A stretch of 64,000 nucleotides of DNA from positions 584,488 through 648,487 of the forward strand of contig NMRA01000156.1 of assembly GCA_002633005.1 (NCBI GenBank). The letters run 5' to 3'. How positions within the stretch are numbered: position 1 is the stretch's first letter; each line of letters opens with the position of its first letter. This document shows, one piece after another, positions 52,483 to 64,000 of the stretch. The notes under the pieces were generated by a model, which searched no databases, was not told the origin of the DNA, and was given only the letters and a program-made list of their open reading frames with translations. The DNA is from Phoronis australis (Eukaryota; Animalia; Phoronida). The position numbers and the translations under genes are program-made.

Positions 52483-52964
52483 CTTGGCATGCTACAAATT
52501 TCGGTGGCAAAAATGAACTCCAACAAGAGATTTGAGTTTATAGAACCAACCCCAGTAGATGGGTGAGGCTTCTGGATCAGAACTATGATGAGCTATTTTC
52601 ACGGAATCTCCATGGGAAGGACTTCATTGTAAATGAATTTGTTGTTTCAGTTGTGTACTCGTACAGTGCAACCATTTGTTTGGGTCACCACCAGGTAGCA
52701 TTTCTGTGTAAAAGACAGTCTCGCATCCGGTATTTGAGCCGGGTGCGCAACTATGACTTCTGTTTTTTATTGGTCAGTCAAGTAGGGAGTCAACTCGTAT
52801 ATAAACAGCTAAACATAAAAAATATTTTAACAATCTTAACTGGTGTAACTATAGTCACAATCCACATGATGAACCCAGGTTTGATCACCATGCCCGTTGC
52901 CAAAAACTTCACTGTGGCATAACACTTTCTTTTGGTTTACAGAACAACTGTCTTTCTAATTTCA

Positions 52965-53058
52965 GCACTAGTCGGATATAATGGACCCTCAATTAGAGAA
53001 CCAAGCAATCACTGAATAAGGGTTCTTTAAATCAGGGTTCATTGTATCCGACTGGTGC
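52965..53058. mobile_element. ~94 bp hairpin MITE, same family as 23066-23173 in the opposite orientation
   Basis: TIRs gcactagtcggatataatggaccct / agggttcattgtatccgactggtgc. The internal cactgaataa is the reverse complement of ttattcagtg in the other copy. Confidence 0.7.
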
Positions 53059-55022
53059 CCTATTTTCTTATCTCAAAGGTTTTCTACAGACTGAACAGTG
53101 TGCGATAGAAAGCATTGAGCAGTGATTGTCTCAGCGAAAGTTACAGAGAATGAAGAAACAGAAAACGCGGTAATTTCAAATGTTGGAAAACGCGTAGCTT
53201 AGCATGTTAAATAATGCGACAGTGGGCTTGTTGAGCAGACTCCAGTAGTTCAGATTCCAGACAGTAAAACACCAAGCCCGCAGTTATTTGTGAAATGCTT
53301 CGAAGGAAGTATAAACTTTCAGTATTAGGCAACACTATCAACACTTCAAATTTTCAAGAAATAAAATAAAAGAATAAAATTCAAGCTAAAACAGACAATC
53401 CAATTAATCATCCTAGTGGGGCCTAATTAATATATGAAATTTTGATGCATACACCAAATCAACTATACTGTGAAAATATTTCGGGTGAGTCTTTCCTTGT
53501 GAGAGTTTCTCTTACATTCAGAACCATTTTATGGGTAATTAAGATTATCAACACTGATTTTGTGGTTGAGTCTTGTTTAAACAGGGATTTTTCCCTATTT
53601 GTTTAAGTTTAATCTCTTTAAATTGATTTTAAAATTTGCATTCTTGTGTTACTCCTGTGAAAATTCATTACCAGGGAAAGCCATAACATTCCTAACTCAA
53701 AGTCTAATTTCGTACAAACCCACAGAATTCCATGACTGTGAACGCTATTAAAACCCCTCTTAACTGATAACCGTGCATGCATAGTATACCGTATATTTTA
53801 TCACATATTAACACCAACTTCCCAACTTCAACTCGGAAATGTGTTTAAGTACAATCCCACGAATTTAGGACACAATATGTCCGACAAGTGAAATTTTATT
53901 TTTTCACATTTTCGTAGAAGTAGCACTAAATAAATGCTATAAAATTTCTGTAAGATCTATACCATAGCTACCATCAGACAATAATTCTTACAAATTGCTG
54001 GCATTCATAACTGTGCCAGAAGATTTTGAAAAATGAAAAAGACCAATTTTTTAGCAATTCTTTTTTTCCTACATTGGTGGGATTTTACTGTCAGTATCAA
54101 TTATTATTTACCGATGCTGATACAAACTTATTTCCACAACACACAAACTATTTTTGCGCGATCCGTCAAACCAACTTGACGGAGAAGCTGACTTGATCCA
54201 TCAATTCTTAAAGCCACATTACGCCATTGAAAAGTCAAATACACTTGTGGACTAATTCACATCCAAATGAATTACGTAGCTGATTCCTAACACTATGAGT
54301 CAAGCCCAGCCATGTGCCTGTCTGTTCCTGCACTGTAAACTTGACTGGAAATGTTTAATATCATTCTTGTTTAGGCTCGTGGCTTTAAAAATCGTGATCC
54401 AGGGTGTTGGTGGTATAGACAGGAGTGCAGATGAAAACAACAAGAAACAGCTTATTTTACAAATAGTTTCATTATGCTGTTTAGAAATTGAAAAAGATTA
54501 CACAGGAGTATTGTTGAAACAACAGGTGGTTAAAGATTACTAATCAAGTTTCAACTCAAGTCAACTAGCACTGGAGTAGGCCCTGTTGCTATGGACTCTA
54601 CAAGGATGCCATCATTCTGCCATGGTGATAACTGGCCAATCATACAGTTTCAGGAAATGAGGTCGTGCACATAGAATTGTGGGATAGATTGAGGTCAGTT
54701 CCATTAGGTCAAGTGAAAATAGTTGTGCAGACAGTTGGACACCATTGAAAACATGGTATAAACTGCAGCTTTTTAACATTACATTTGATTTGGTTACATT
54801 TGATTCGTATCTAGTCAGATTTGTGTGTATATCCCACAATTCACAATCAATGGATGCACAGTTCGGCACATTGCTTCTGAACTATTAGATGGTTGGCCTC
54901 ATTCTTGATGAGATTCAAATCCGTCTTGGTCAAGCTGCAGAGTCAACTTCGGGCCTAACTTTGCACCGTATACATATTCACACAAACAGTTTGTTTATAA
55001 TCACTAATAATAGAACACCTAG

Positions 55023-55051
55023 CAAACAAACAAACAAACAAACAAACAAAC
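55023..55051. repeat. (CAAA)n microsatellite
   Basis: Direct reading. Confidence 0.95.
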
Positions 55052-55600
55052 ATCAACACAAACAAGTCACTTTCTCTTACTAGTTAATTAAAATAGATTT
55101 ACCATAAAATTCAAGCTTAAATCTACAAACACTGAATGTTAAAATGGAATACAACTCTTACTTAACCAAAACGTACTATTGAGTTTATCGAGACTAACAG
55201 ACAGAAGTTTTAATAAACATTTATTACGTCACATTGTAATTCATGTTCTGATGCAGCAAGATTCTCATCAAAATTGTATCCGATTTCATAAAGCATATAC
55301 CAAAATATGGTTATATTGGGTTCCTTCTTGCAAAAACCACCAAAACATTAAGTACCAAGAATCCATTAAAACAAAGAAAGAATGATCTTTAAATATTAAG
55401 TAGCAAGGCAGTGGAAATGACCAAATTAAAATTTACGAGAGTCGTAATGAATCTGGCAACACTCTGTGCCCACTCATTATATTTATAGACAAGGGCATTG
55501 TACAAACGGAGCTTAAATTCAACACTTTTTGTAAAACATTTTCTCGCCATTCTTCGCGAATACTTCGTGTAAAAAAACTCACCAACGGTAACAAGTCGAG

Positions 55601-55619
55601 ATATATATATATATATATA
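55601..55619. repeat. (AT)n microsatellite
   Basis: Direct reading. Confidence 0.9.
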
Positions 55620-56066
55620 GATATAGTAGAGCGTTCTTTTCTATTAACTACGTCTAAACAAACTATTGTTTATACAACATCTTTAATATTTGCTGATTGT
55701 ACTGCTCGACTGATTGTTTTATTTTCGAGGACGACTCAACGATAGTTTATAGTAGTAGTACTAGAGTCAATAATGAGACACCCACGTCGTCAAAGACGAC
55801 AACTCAGCAAGTGTCCTTTAAAAGGATTAAAGCTTAATTATGGCCTTTTTGATTTACTTCGAACAATTGTTTTGGCTTGTTTATAATATAACGGAACGCT
55901 CACGAGTGCTTCACAAGTCAACTCGAAACAATAGTCCACTAAGCAATTTCCACAAACATTTCTAATAGTTGTAAGCAGTGTGCGTTTTTGCATGGAGACA
56001 TAGTTTTCAGCAAAACCACCAAAAAAGTAATGATGAGCATTTTCAGTGTCAGGCGATCCATTTCCA

Positions 56067-56321
56067 GGGCTCTGTTTCATGACTAAAAACTTTAAGTCAG
56101 AAATTAGATCTTATGCTCTTCACTGTTTCTGAAAAATTAAATATCACTTGAGCAAAAATGCAAAGTGTCTGAAAATAAACACAAGATAATTTCCATTAAT
56201 TATTTTAACACTGTGATGCACTCATAATTACTTCGCTAAAGCATTTTTCAGCAATTGTGAACGGGAGCATCAGATCAAATTTCTGCTTGAAGTCTTGAGT
56301 CACTTTTCATGAAACAAACCC
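56067..56321. mobile_element. MITE with GGG…TTTCATGA termini; related copy at ~33985-34275
   Basis: Inverted ends gggctctgtttcatgac / ttttcatgaaacaaaccc. The internal tttctgaaaaa..tcacttgagcaaaaatg is shared with 34077-34113. Confidence 0.6.
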
Positions 56322-59300
56322 GGTCATCCGAGTTGCCATAGAGATACGCCACAAAGAGATTGAAACATGGTGACCTTTTTTTGCATAAAGCACAGCGAAA
56401 TGCTTTCAATATAACTCGGAATGTACTTCGTGGTCTATTACGACAAACATGCATTGTTTACCGAAGTATGTGCACTCCGCATTACAAATCCCTGTTTGGC
56501 ACAGACAACTAAATTGTGTCCGACTCACTATAGGAAAGCTTACTCAACTGACTATAGTATAGCATGAAGCGGAATGTCTTTGCCCGACTCTGTGACCATT
56601 CGTTTAAAATTTATACAGAGATGGTCACCGGACAGAAATTTCAACATCTTGTGCTAAACAATTGCAACAATTTTCTCGACGGTTACGGGGTAAATAGCAC
56701 AGGGTTACCTATGACAGGCAACAGTTTCGTGACAACTAGGTTTTAGACAACACAAATACAGCTATTGTTCATTTCATGGCACGCTTTAGTCCCAGCAGGC
56801 ACGCTATTCTCATATTGCTACATAATAACTAGTGGAAAACCATCGTTTCATACCCTACCAAAGAGGGCTCTCCGACAGCGTCAACTAACTCCATGCAGGT
56901 GTGGCTCATGTCGTCGTCCTCGCGACCATTTCATCTAAAACTGACCCAAAATGGGAAACTAAAATATTTACAATAAACTGTCCCTCATCAGGGGGCCAGT
57001 TAGTGTAAATGAATCGTAAAACGCCTGGCATCAAAAACTGGAAGAACTGTTCTCTTATTTAAATCGCCTTCACAGACCCTCTGCTCTTAATGTAACATTA
57101 AAGTTATCCAAAATCTAGTTAAAAACAATCGTTCCTCACTCTCGAAACACCGACCACCTCGGATTTGACGTTATAAAAATATATTCCACTCCGTGGTGCC
57201 GGTTGAATCGTTCCCATCGCAGACAACATTCAACAATCCTGATACAGCAGTTGTCATGGTAACGGGGTATCGACCCTATTTAACAAGTAAAGCAGAGCGG
57301 GGACAACACGTAAACCAATGGCCATGCACCTTAACGTAAATAAGTTTCGAGTTCAACGCAAAAACCCGACAGACTGAGAACGAAACATTTTCAACCAAAC
57401 GTTATGTAAACGATGACCAACGCAATACGAATAGACAAGAAACCCACTGTGCGCGTGCAACGGAGAAAGCTTTGAGCGATGAGTGCTTTGTGTGTAAAAG
57501 TGGAGTTGTGAGCAAACAAATGGAATGATACGAGACAACCAAACTAGGCGTGGTAGTTAGTACGAGACTGTGAATTGGGTAGTGTCTGGTAACCGAGGCG
57601 AAACACATGAAAATAGAGATTAAGCAATGTCAGCGTAAATGGAATAGAAATAAAATCTGAGTAAAAACTGGCAAAAATAATTGAAACCGAAACAACAAAA
57701 CAGAAGATTAGTTTCAAACAAATAAAACTTTAATATCGCATACTTCATGAACAAAAGAGTATGAAGAGAAATTAAAGAGGATGAACATGGCAACAGCGTC
57801 CTCGGCGACAACGCCCGCACTCCGCCTGGTGTATGAGATTCATTGCATAATTACCCTGCTATAGTTCGTCGCTATAGGGACGCACTCAATTTGCATATTG
57901 CACAGTTTACGCGTTTGATTTGTTCGTTTAAACATGGCGGAGTGTCGGTTGCGTGTGCCGCTGTTACACTGTTGCACTGAGATTTCTAATTCAGGCAATT
58001 CCTAGGCAAAACAACTAGCTATATGGTAGGCAAGTTCCGTAAGCTAATTTTGAAGAAATTGATGCTTTCCTAGAATGTTTTGGAGGTAAACTGCACACAA
58101 ATTCTTAATAATTTGAAACAAATCTGTTACAATAATTTCAAATACTATTTGATTAATCAGGTCAGAACTCAATTTAAATTTCAAGGTAAACCCATTCTCA
58201 TGTTAGCACAAATAAAACGTCAAACTTGACGTGCACTCCTTAAACATTTCATCAATAAATAAGCGAGTCTACAATTTGCCTTCAAAACAATTCGGGAACG
58301 TGGGTCAGTTCGTGAACAACATTACACATCCCAGCAAAAAGTTAAATACATCACATCTCGATGTATGGACAGTAATAACAGATTGAGACTGAGCCTCAAA
58401 AACAGCGACAGCGTGTCGTACGAATGCGACGACAGTAAAAAACGAGGACTAATAGCTAACAATGGCCTGGAATGTTGGTACAGAGAGTTGTTCAACGCTT
58501 GTAAACAGAGACACAAACAATGGCTAAAACTCACTGCAACATATTGCACACTTGACGAATATACACTCAGTTGAATATAACTGCTTAAATTAACCAAGAT
58601 GACTTTTAAGCCTCGCCGTAATTTGTGATCTAAAATCCCGAGCGTGGGTTTTTGGTAAGTACATAAAAAGTTTCCTCTAAAACTTAAAAACGAAAATATG
58701 TATGAGACAAACTCATAAGCAGTGGCATGTGGGTGCACAGAAAACAAAAACATATCCAGGCCCTAGGTTGGACTACAAAATATGAAACCATAACTTGCGT
58801 CTGACGCACGCGACTTGATAAACAACAAAAAAGATACACAACGACAACGAAGAATAAGCTTGGTGTAAACTGTCAGCAGACGGCACCGCATAGTCAGGTC
58901 AACTAATATTAATATTAATAATGACAAAAATTAAATGATAAATACTTCGTGGCAATCTGAACTGTGTACGGGTTGGCGGATGGTGACTTCACACAATAAA
59001 CACCTCGTACTAAACACGGTTGCCAAGAAAACCAAAACTAAACAAGGTCTAGACTACACACGACGGCATACTTCTTACTTAAATAACTTACTCCAACTCT
59101 CAAAATTAGGACATAAATTAAATCACATTTGTATGAAGAATGAAGTACAAACTTCACATTACTTAAATAAATTATGCATACATGTTTATAAATTACTACT
59201 GTCTGCAGGGTACCCTACATCATATAATACATACATGTACTTGGTGATTGTAGTATTGGTAATAGTATTAGTCTTAGGCCTAAAAACACTGCTGCGTTAA

Positions 59301-59569
59301 CCGTATCTAATACGTATCATAGCATGTCACTATCAACATCAACGCGACTTTCGTTACAATCTTCAAGAAAATCCTCAGAGGATCGTCCACTTGGCGCAAT
59401 AGAAATAAGACATTAACATTATCTAATTAATTACTTCACATTGGCAGAGCGAGCACTTAACTCAACCAAACCAATTAATCACAATGGTACCAATTAGGAG
59501 GACGCACGACTTTTTCGACCGCCCTGTGACCCCCGACCTGGGGTCACAACCTCTCATCGACCCCCGGCA

Positions 59570-59974
<405 letters not shown>

Positions 59975-61879
59975 TTAACAAGGCGACACGTGACTTTGAC
60001 CATAATTCTTAATAGGCTTCTGCCAGACTGATCGTGTGAGCAAAGCATCGTCCGTTTTTACAAATGCAGCGTTCAACTTTTTGACTAGCCATGAAAATGT
60101 CAAAAGGCCAGCGGAGAAACGAACATTTCTAAAGACTGGACATAATTCAGAGCGCGTCAGGTCAGATTTGGACAACAAAACGCAGTCTCACTTGACTCAG
60201 GACCCATTAGCTGATGATGTCATCAATTCACAGACATCCAATTAAAGATAACAAAACTAATTACACATAATTCTCAACCAAGTCATTATTGACACTCAAG
60301 ACAGTTTGTCTGTGTTAAGATCATGTGGAACCACTAGAAACGTTCAAATTTGGCGAACTTTGGAACACCATGTCAGAAATGGCCGATCATTCATATGACT
60401 AGTGAAACTTTCATATACGATGCTTTAAGCTTTGTTCTAAAAAAAATACTGCTAGGAATTGTTTTTAAAACGATCCACTTTTGCAAGCGGGGCTATCAAA
60501 AACAGGACTTTTACGATTTTCATGAAAAAACTCAGTTGCATAAAACAAAAACAAAATGAAAGTTTACAAAACTATCAGCAAACATAATTTGCTCGTTATT
60601 GATGCCGTTGTTTTGCCAACAATGATCCTTTCTCTTTTTGTTAAATTTAAAGTAAAAAGACTAGATCGCATGACCCAACTAATGACAAACAGGTAAAAAG
60701 TTAAATATTCTAATTCTACAAGCATTCCCACTTTCAGGAAACACTATACTTTTACGGAGTTAAAAAATAAACAGTATTTGCTGACATTTGGAAAAATGCA
60801 CAGACTTGCACATGAAGTCCTGCGTGTTCAAACTGAAGAATTTTGGAGATGACCATGGGCCTTTAAAAGCAAAACTTTTAAAATTTCAGATGGGTGTTTG
60901 AACTACCTATTCAGGTTTAAGCAACAGTAAGTTGTATTTTTGTAAGCCGTTTCATGAGCAGGAGTTGAATGAAAACATAGATCAGAAAGCACTGCTTGTA
61001 AGTCATAAGCAAGTGAACTTTGTGCACTTCAGGACCTCAACTGGACAATCATCCAGATATGGTGCTTAAAGTGGAACTTGCACGCTAATTTTTCGTCTCT
61101 TTGATTGCTTGGCCAAATTAGTTAGAAATACAACATACAGCGACGATGTGAATATGAAGTAGGTTGAAAATTGTCAAATTTTTTAAGAATGAGTTTTGCG
61201 GCAAGAATGATCCGCCGAAAATCACTGAAACATGTCCAGTAAGTATTGTGACATGGTGTTGGGGACTAACACTGCATGATGTGGGCTGTATGAGCCCGTG
61301 AGGTACGTCATTAGTGCAAAGGTCACCTATTTGCAGATGTTTTTTTTGTTTTTTACATTTACAAGTTGTCAATTAATACAGCTGCACTTTGTTTAGTATT
61401 GATGATGTTCAAATAGCATTGTCGTTTAGTTCCTGCTATACATTAGCATAGTTAGGAGCATGCAAATACATCTTTAAGATGCAGCAACCAAACTCCTTCT
61501 GACCTTGACATCAAACAAACGACCTTGAGCTCTAATATCAAAGCAAGCAAAATAGAAACAATTTCCACTGATAGGTATGTAAGATTTTTGAATCTTAAAG
61601 GACTCATGAGGTCATTAGCCGCAAATTGGACAAAGGAACAGAAATACCATTCCGCGTGCGTTTTAACCTTACAATAAAACCATCAAGGAACTTTGTATGT
61701 ATTTTGAGAAGGCAAACACAAAGAAAAACAAAATTGTTACTAGGCGACTCTGCAGATTTGTCCCAAAATGCATGTCAGTTGTGCTCTGCTACTTGTATTG
61801 ATCAGCAAGCAAAGAGGGCCCCACAGCAGTCAGACTCCTTCGAACATCATCATCTGCCTTGCACTTCCCAGTAGGAACA

Positions 61880-62280
61880 CGTAAGCCAATTTTCTTAATG
61901 ATCCAGACTCAAAAATAGCAAAAATGGCCACTAGGTGGCATATGTCGACTCCATCCAAAAATGGGAGGGTGTTTTTGATTTTCTCTTTAACAGAAACACG
62001 CTTGCCATGCTCCATGAAAATCCATCACACAACTCCAAAGACACAGCGGAAAACGTAAAAAACTGAATTTGCCACTAGGGGGCACACCAGTTATCGTATC
62101 AATTTAAAAATTCAATCATGCTGGGAATGTCTGCAAATTTTTACGAACATTCATAAAGCGGTTTTGGATATACATCAGCGGACATGTGACTGGGAAACGG
62201 ACGGACAGACGGACGGATGGTGTGCATAAAAACCCAGTTGACCAACACGTGATACTCCACCACGCTACCCATTACACTTA
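61880..62280 (-). repeat. Family B copy in the ELAV last intron
   Basis: gccactagggggc, catgaaaatcc and the cggacggacagacggacggatgg microsatellite. Confidence 0.6.
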
Positions 62281-62640
62281 GTGGAACTCCCAAGAACTCA
62301 TCAACTATCACGGCCTTTTTTAGAACTGTGTCTTTCAGTCCATACGTAGAACACAGAGTGCAATCATTAACCCCTATTTAATTCTCATTTGTCAATAAAT
62401 TGTTGCACACATGCAGGCGTGCGTACGCACAGACTGTTAAGTCATATCTCAAAATTATAACATAAGACATTGAAACAGGTATTCACCAGGAAAGCGCACT
62501 CAAGATTTCAGGTGTAAAAACGTAATTTATTGCTAATTGTTCATGAAGGGTTTTAGGTGTAACACATAGCCCTGCAACCCAGCTTGGTAGTAAAAGAGGT
62601 GATGAAAGGCAGTGAATCAGCCAATCAAGGTCCTAGTTAC

Positions 62641-62875
62641 CTGAAGCAGCGGCCGGGCGCATGTATGGGGCCAACGATTTTCTTCATTGGCGACATATAG
62701 GGTGTGGCTGGGATGGTCAGTGGCAGTGTGGGGTTCTTTGAGCTGGGGTTGTTGGCGAACTTCACCGTGATCTTCTCGGTGGCGTTCTTGGGAATGACGC
62801 CGTTCAGCTGGTCGATAGCCTTCTCTGCCTCTGAGCGCATGTCGAAGCGGATAAACCCTACTCCTTTGGACAGCC
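62641..62875 (-). CDS. elav: ELAV/Hu-family RNA-binding protein, penultimate coding exon (RRM2 RNP1 to hinge)
   Basis: ttgcag acceptor and AG|gtaact donor, phase 1/2. GLSKGVGFIRFD..EAEKAIDQLNG..TEKITVKFANNPS is diagnostic of ELAV RRM2. Upstream exons lie beyond the window. Confidence 0.95.
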
Positions 62876-64000
62876 CTGCAACAACGCAAGTTAGTGGAAA
62901 TTTATTACACAAAGCCAGAGTTGGTCGCACCAAGAATTGAGTGTGGGCGGAGTGTAGCAGGCAAAAGTGGAGCCTTGTAGAAATGGTGGACGTGGTCCTG
63001 TCATGGAAGCAAGGGCACGAGACAGTAACCCCCCTAGCCAAGGATCAGCGGACTTATAGAAACTTGAAAAAACACACTGGATAGAAATAATTAAAATTGC
63101 CCTGCACCATTCAGAAAGACGTTTACTAAGAGCTTTAAACAGAAAAAAAATGTTATCCGATAACAAAAAGTAAACCATCCTTAATTTTAAGTTACTTCAA
63201 CCACACAGCAAAATTGATTCATATCTAATACTTCGTTATCAGCCGGGCTAGTCTTCTATCTGTAGCAACATAATCACTTTCAATTTCAAACAAATCAGCG
63301 CATGAACTGGACAAACAAGGATAAGGAGTGGCTGGATCTACCCTAAGGCACTTCAAATACCCCCTTCCCTCATAAAACCAGCACTCATTAGTGCAGTGTA
63401 GATAAGATCAAAAGGAAACGCCGGCACCTACTGCTCATTAACCCACAATCAGATACTGGCATCAAAGAAAAAACACTAGTGTTTGGAGAAACTTGCAGGA
63501 ACACTAACCACGGCCGATGGGTTTTTAGGAATCGAGCGAATGCTAGAGCTTTTTAAATGCCCTGTTCTGTTCAACATGAAACCAAAGTACTTTTTGTTAA
63601 ATAATACTCGGATATTTGTTCAAGAACTTGAGCTTCCTGAACTAAATTTAACAAGAAATTCAAGAGCAAATCTATTGAAATAGCCTTGGGAAATGTTTTG
63701 ATAACAAGAATTATCGATGTTGCGTCAAAACATTTAAAGGGCAGTAAAACCGAGAGGGTGATATGATACCATTGTTGGCATTAAGATGCCGCGTCCACTA
63801 GACTCTAATCTACCAATGTCCGTGTAAATTCAAGTGACTATCATTCTCCCTGCAGGACTTCAGAAGCCTGAGCAAGGAGAAGCAAACCATCATTTCCTAC
63901 TATCTCATCTGGAGAAAAAAAATCCGTTCCCAACAGTCTGTGGCGATAGCGAAATTGATTTCCTATACCCCCAGCTGGACTTTTCACAGGGCTTGCCAAA

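Larger units (their letters stand above)
55200..59569 (-). other. Probable long U-rich 3' UTR of the ELAV gene
   Basis: The minus strand is rich in U/GU runs and poor in interspersed repeats. Minus-strand AATAAA at 55718-55723 and 55220-55225, with a (TTTG)n tract about 170 nt further on. The true end is inferred. Confidence 0.55.

Noticed and set aside
58322-58753. 143 aa ORF
   Set aside because: Its Phe/Leu/Ser-rich composition is what U-rich UTR sequence would produce. No domain recognised.
62876-63041. N-terminal part of the 134 aa ORF (MARGVTVSC…)
   Set aside because: ELAV similarity starts exactly at the ttgcag acceptor, so this part is intronic.

Overview
This is AT-rich eukaryotic genomic DNA, probably from a marine invertebrate (the taxon cannot be fixed from sequence alone), not prokaryotic DNA. 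Almost all entries in the six-frame ORF track are chance ORFs. Two spliced genes can be rebuilt by hand with consistent splice phases. (1) A complete CAAP1 (C9orf82) orthologue on the + strand with 8 coding exons (11209-46631, 1041 nt, 346 aa), including one GC-AG intron and a 24.5 kb last intron. (2) The last two coding exons of an ELAV/Hu RNA-binding protein on the - strand (RRM2 end, hinge, RRM3; stop at 59570), with a probable ~4.4 kb U-rich 3' UTR. The genes converge tail-to-tail, and their human counterparts CAAP1 and ELAVL2 are also close neighbours on 9p21. The remainder is intronic or intergenic: many MITE-like elements, a repeat family carrying clustered CTCF-like motifs, decayed LINE fragments, and mini- and microsatellites. 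The most unusual structure is a 237 bp foldback element holding two tandem tRNA B-box fragments separated by a perfect 22 bp palindrome. I found no evidence for a new multi-gene system; the findings are hypotheses to test.
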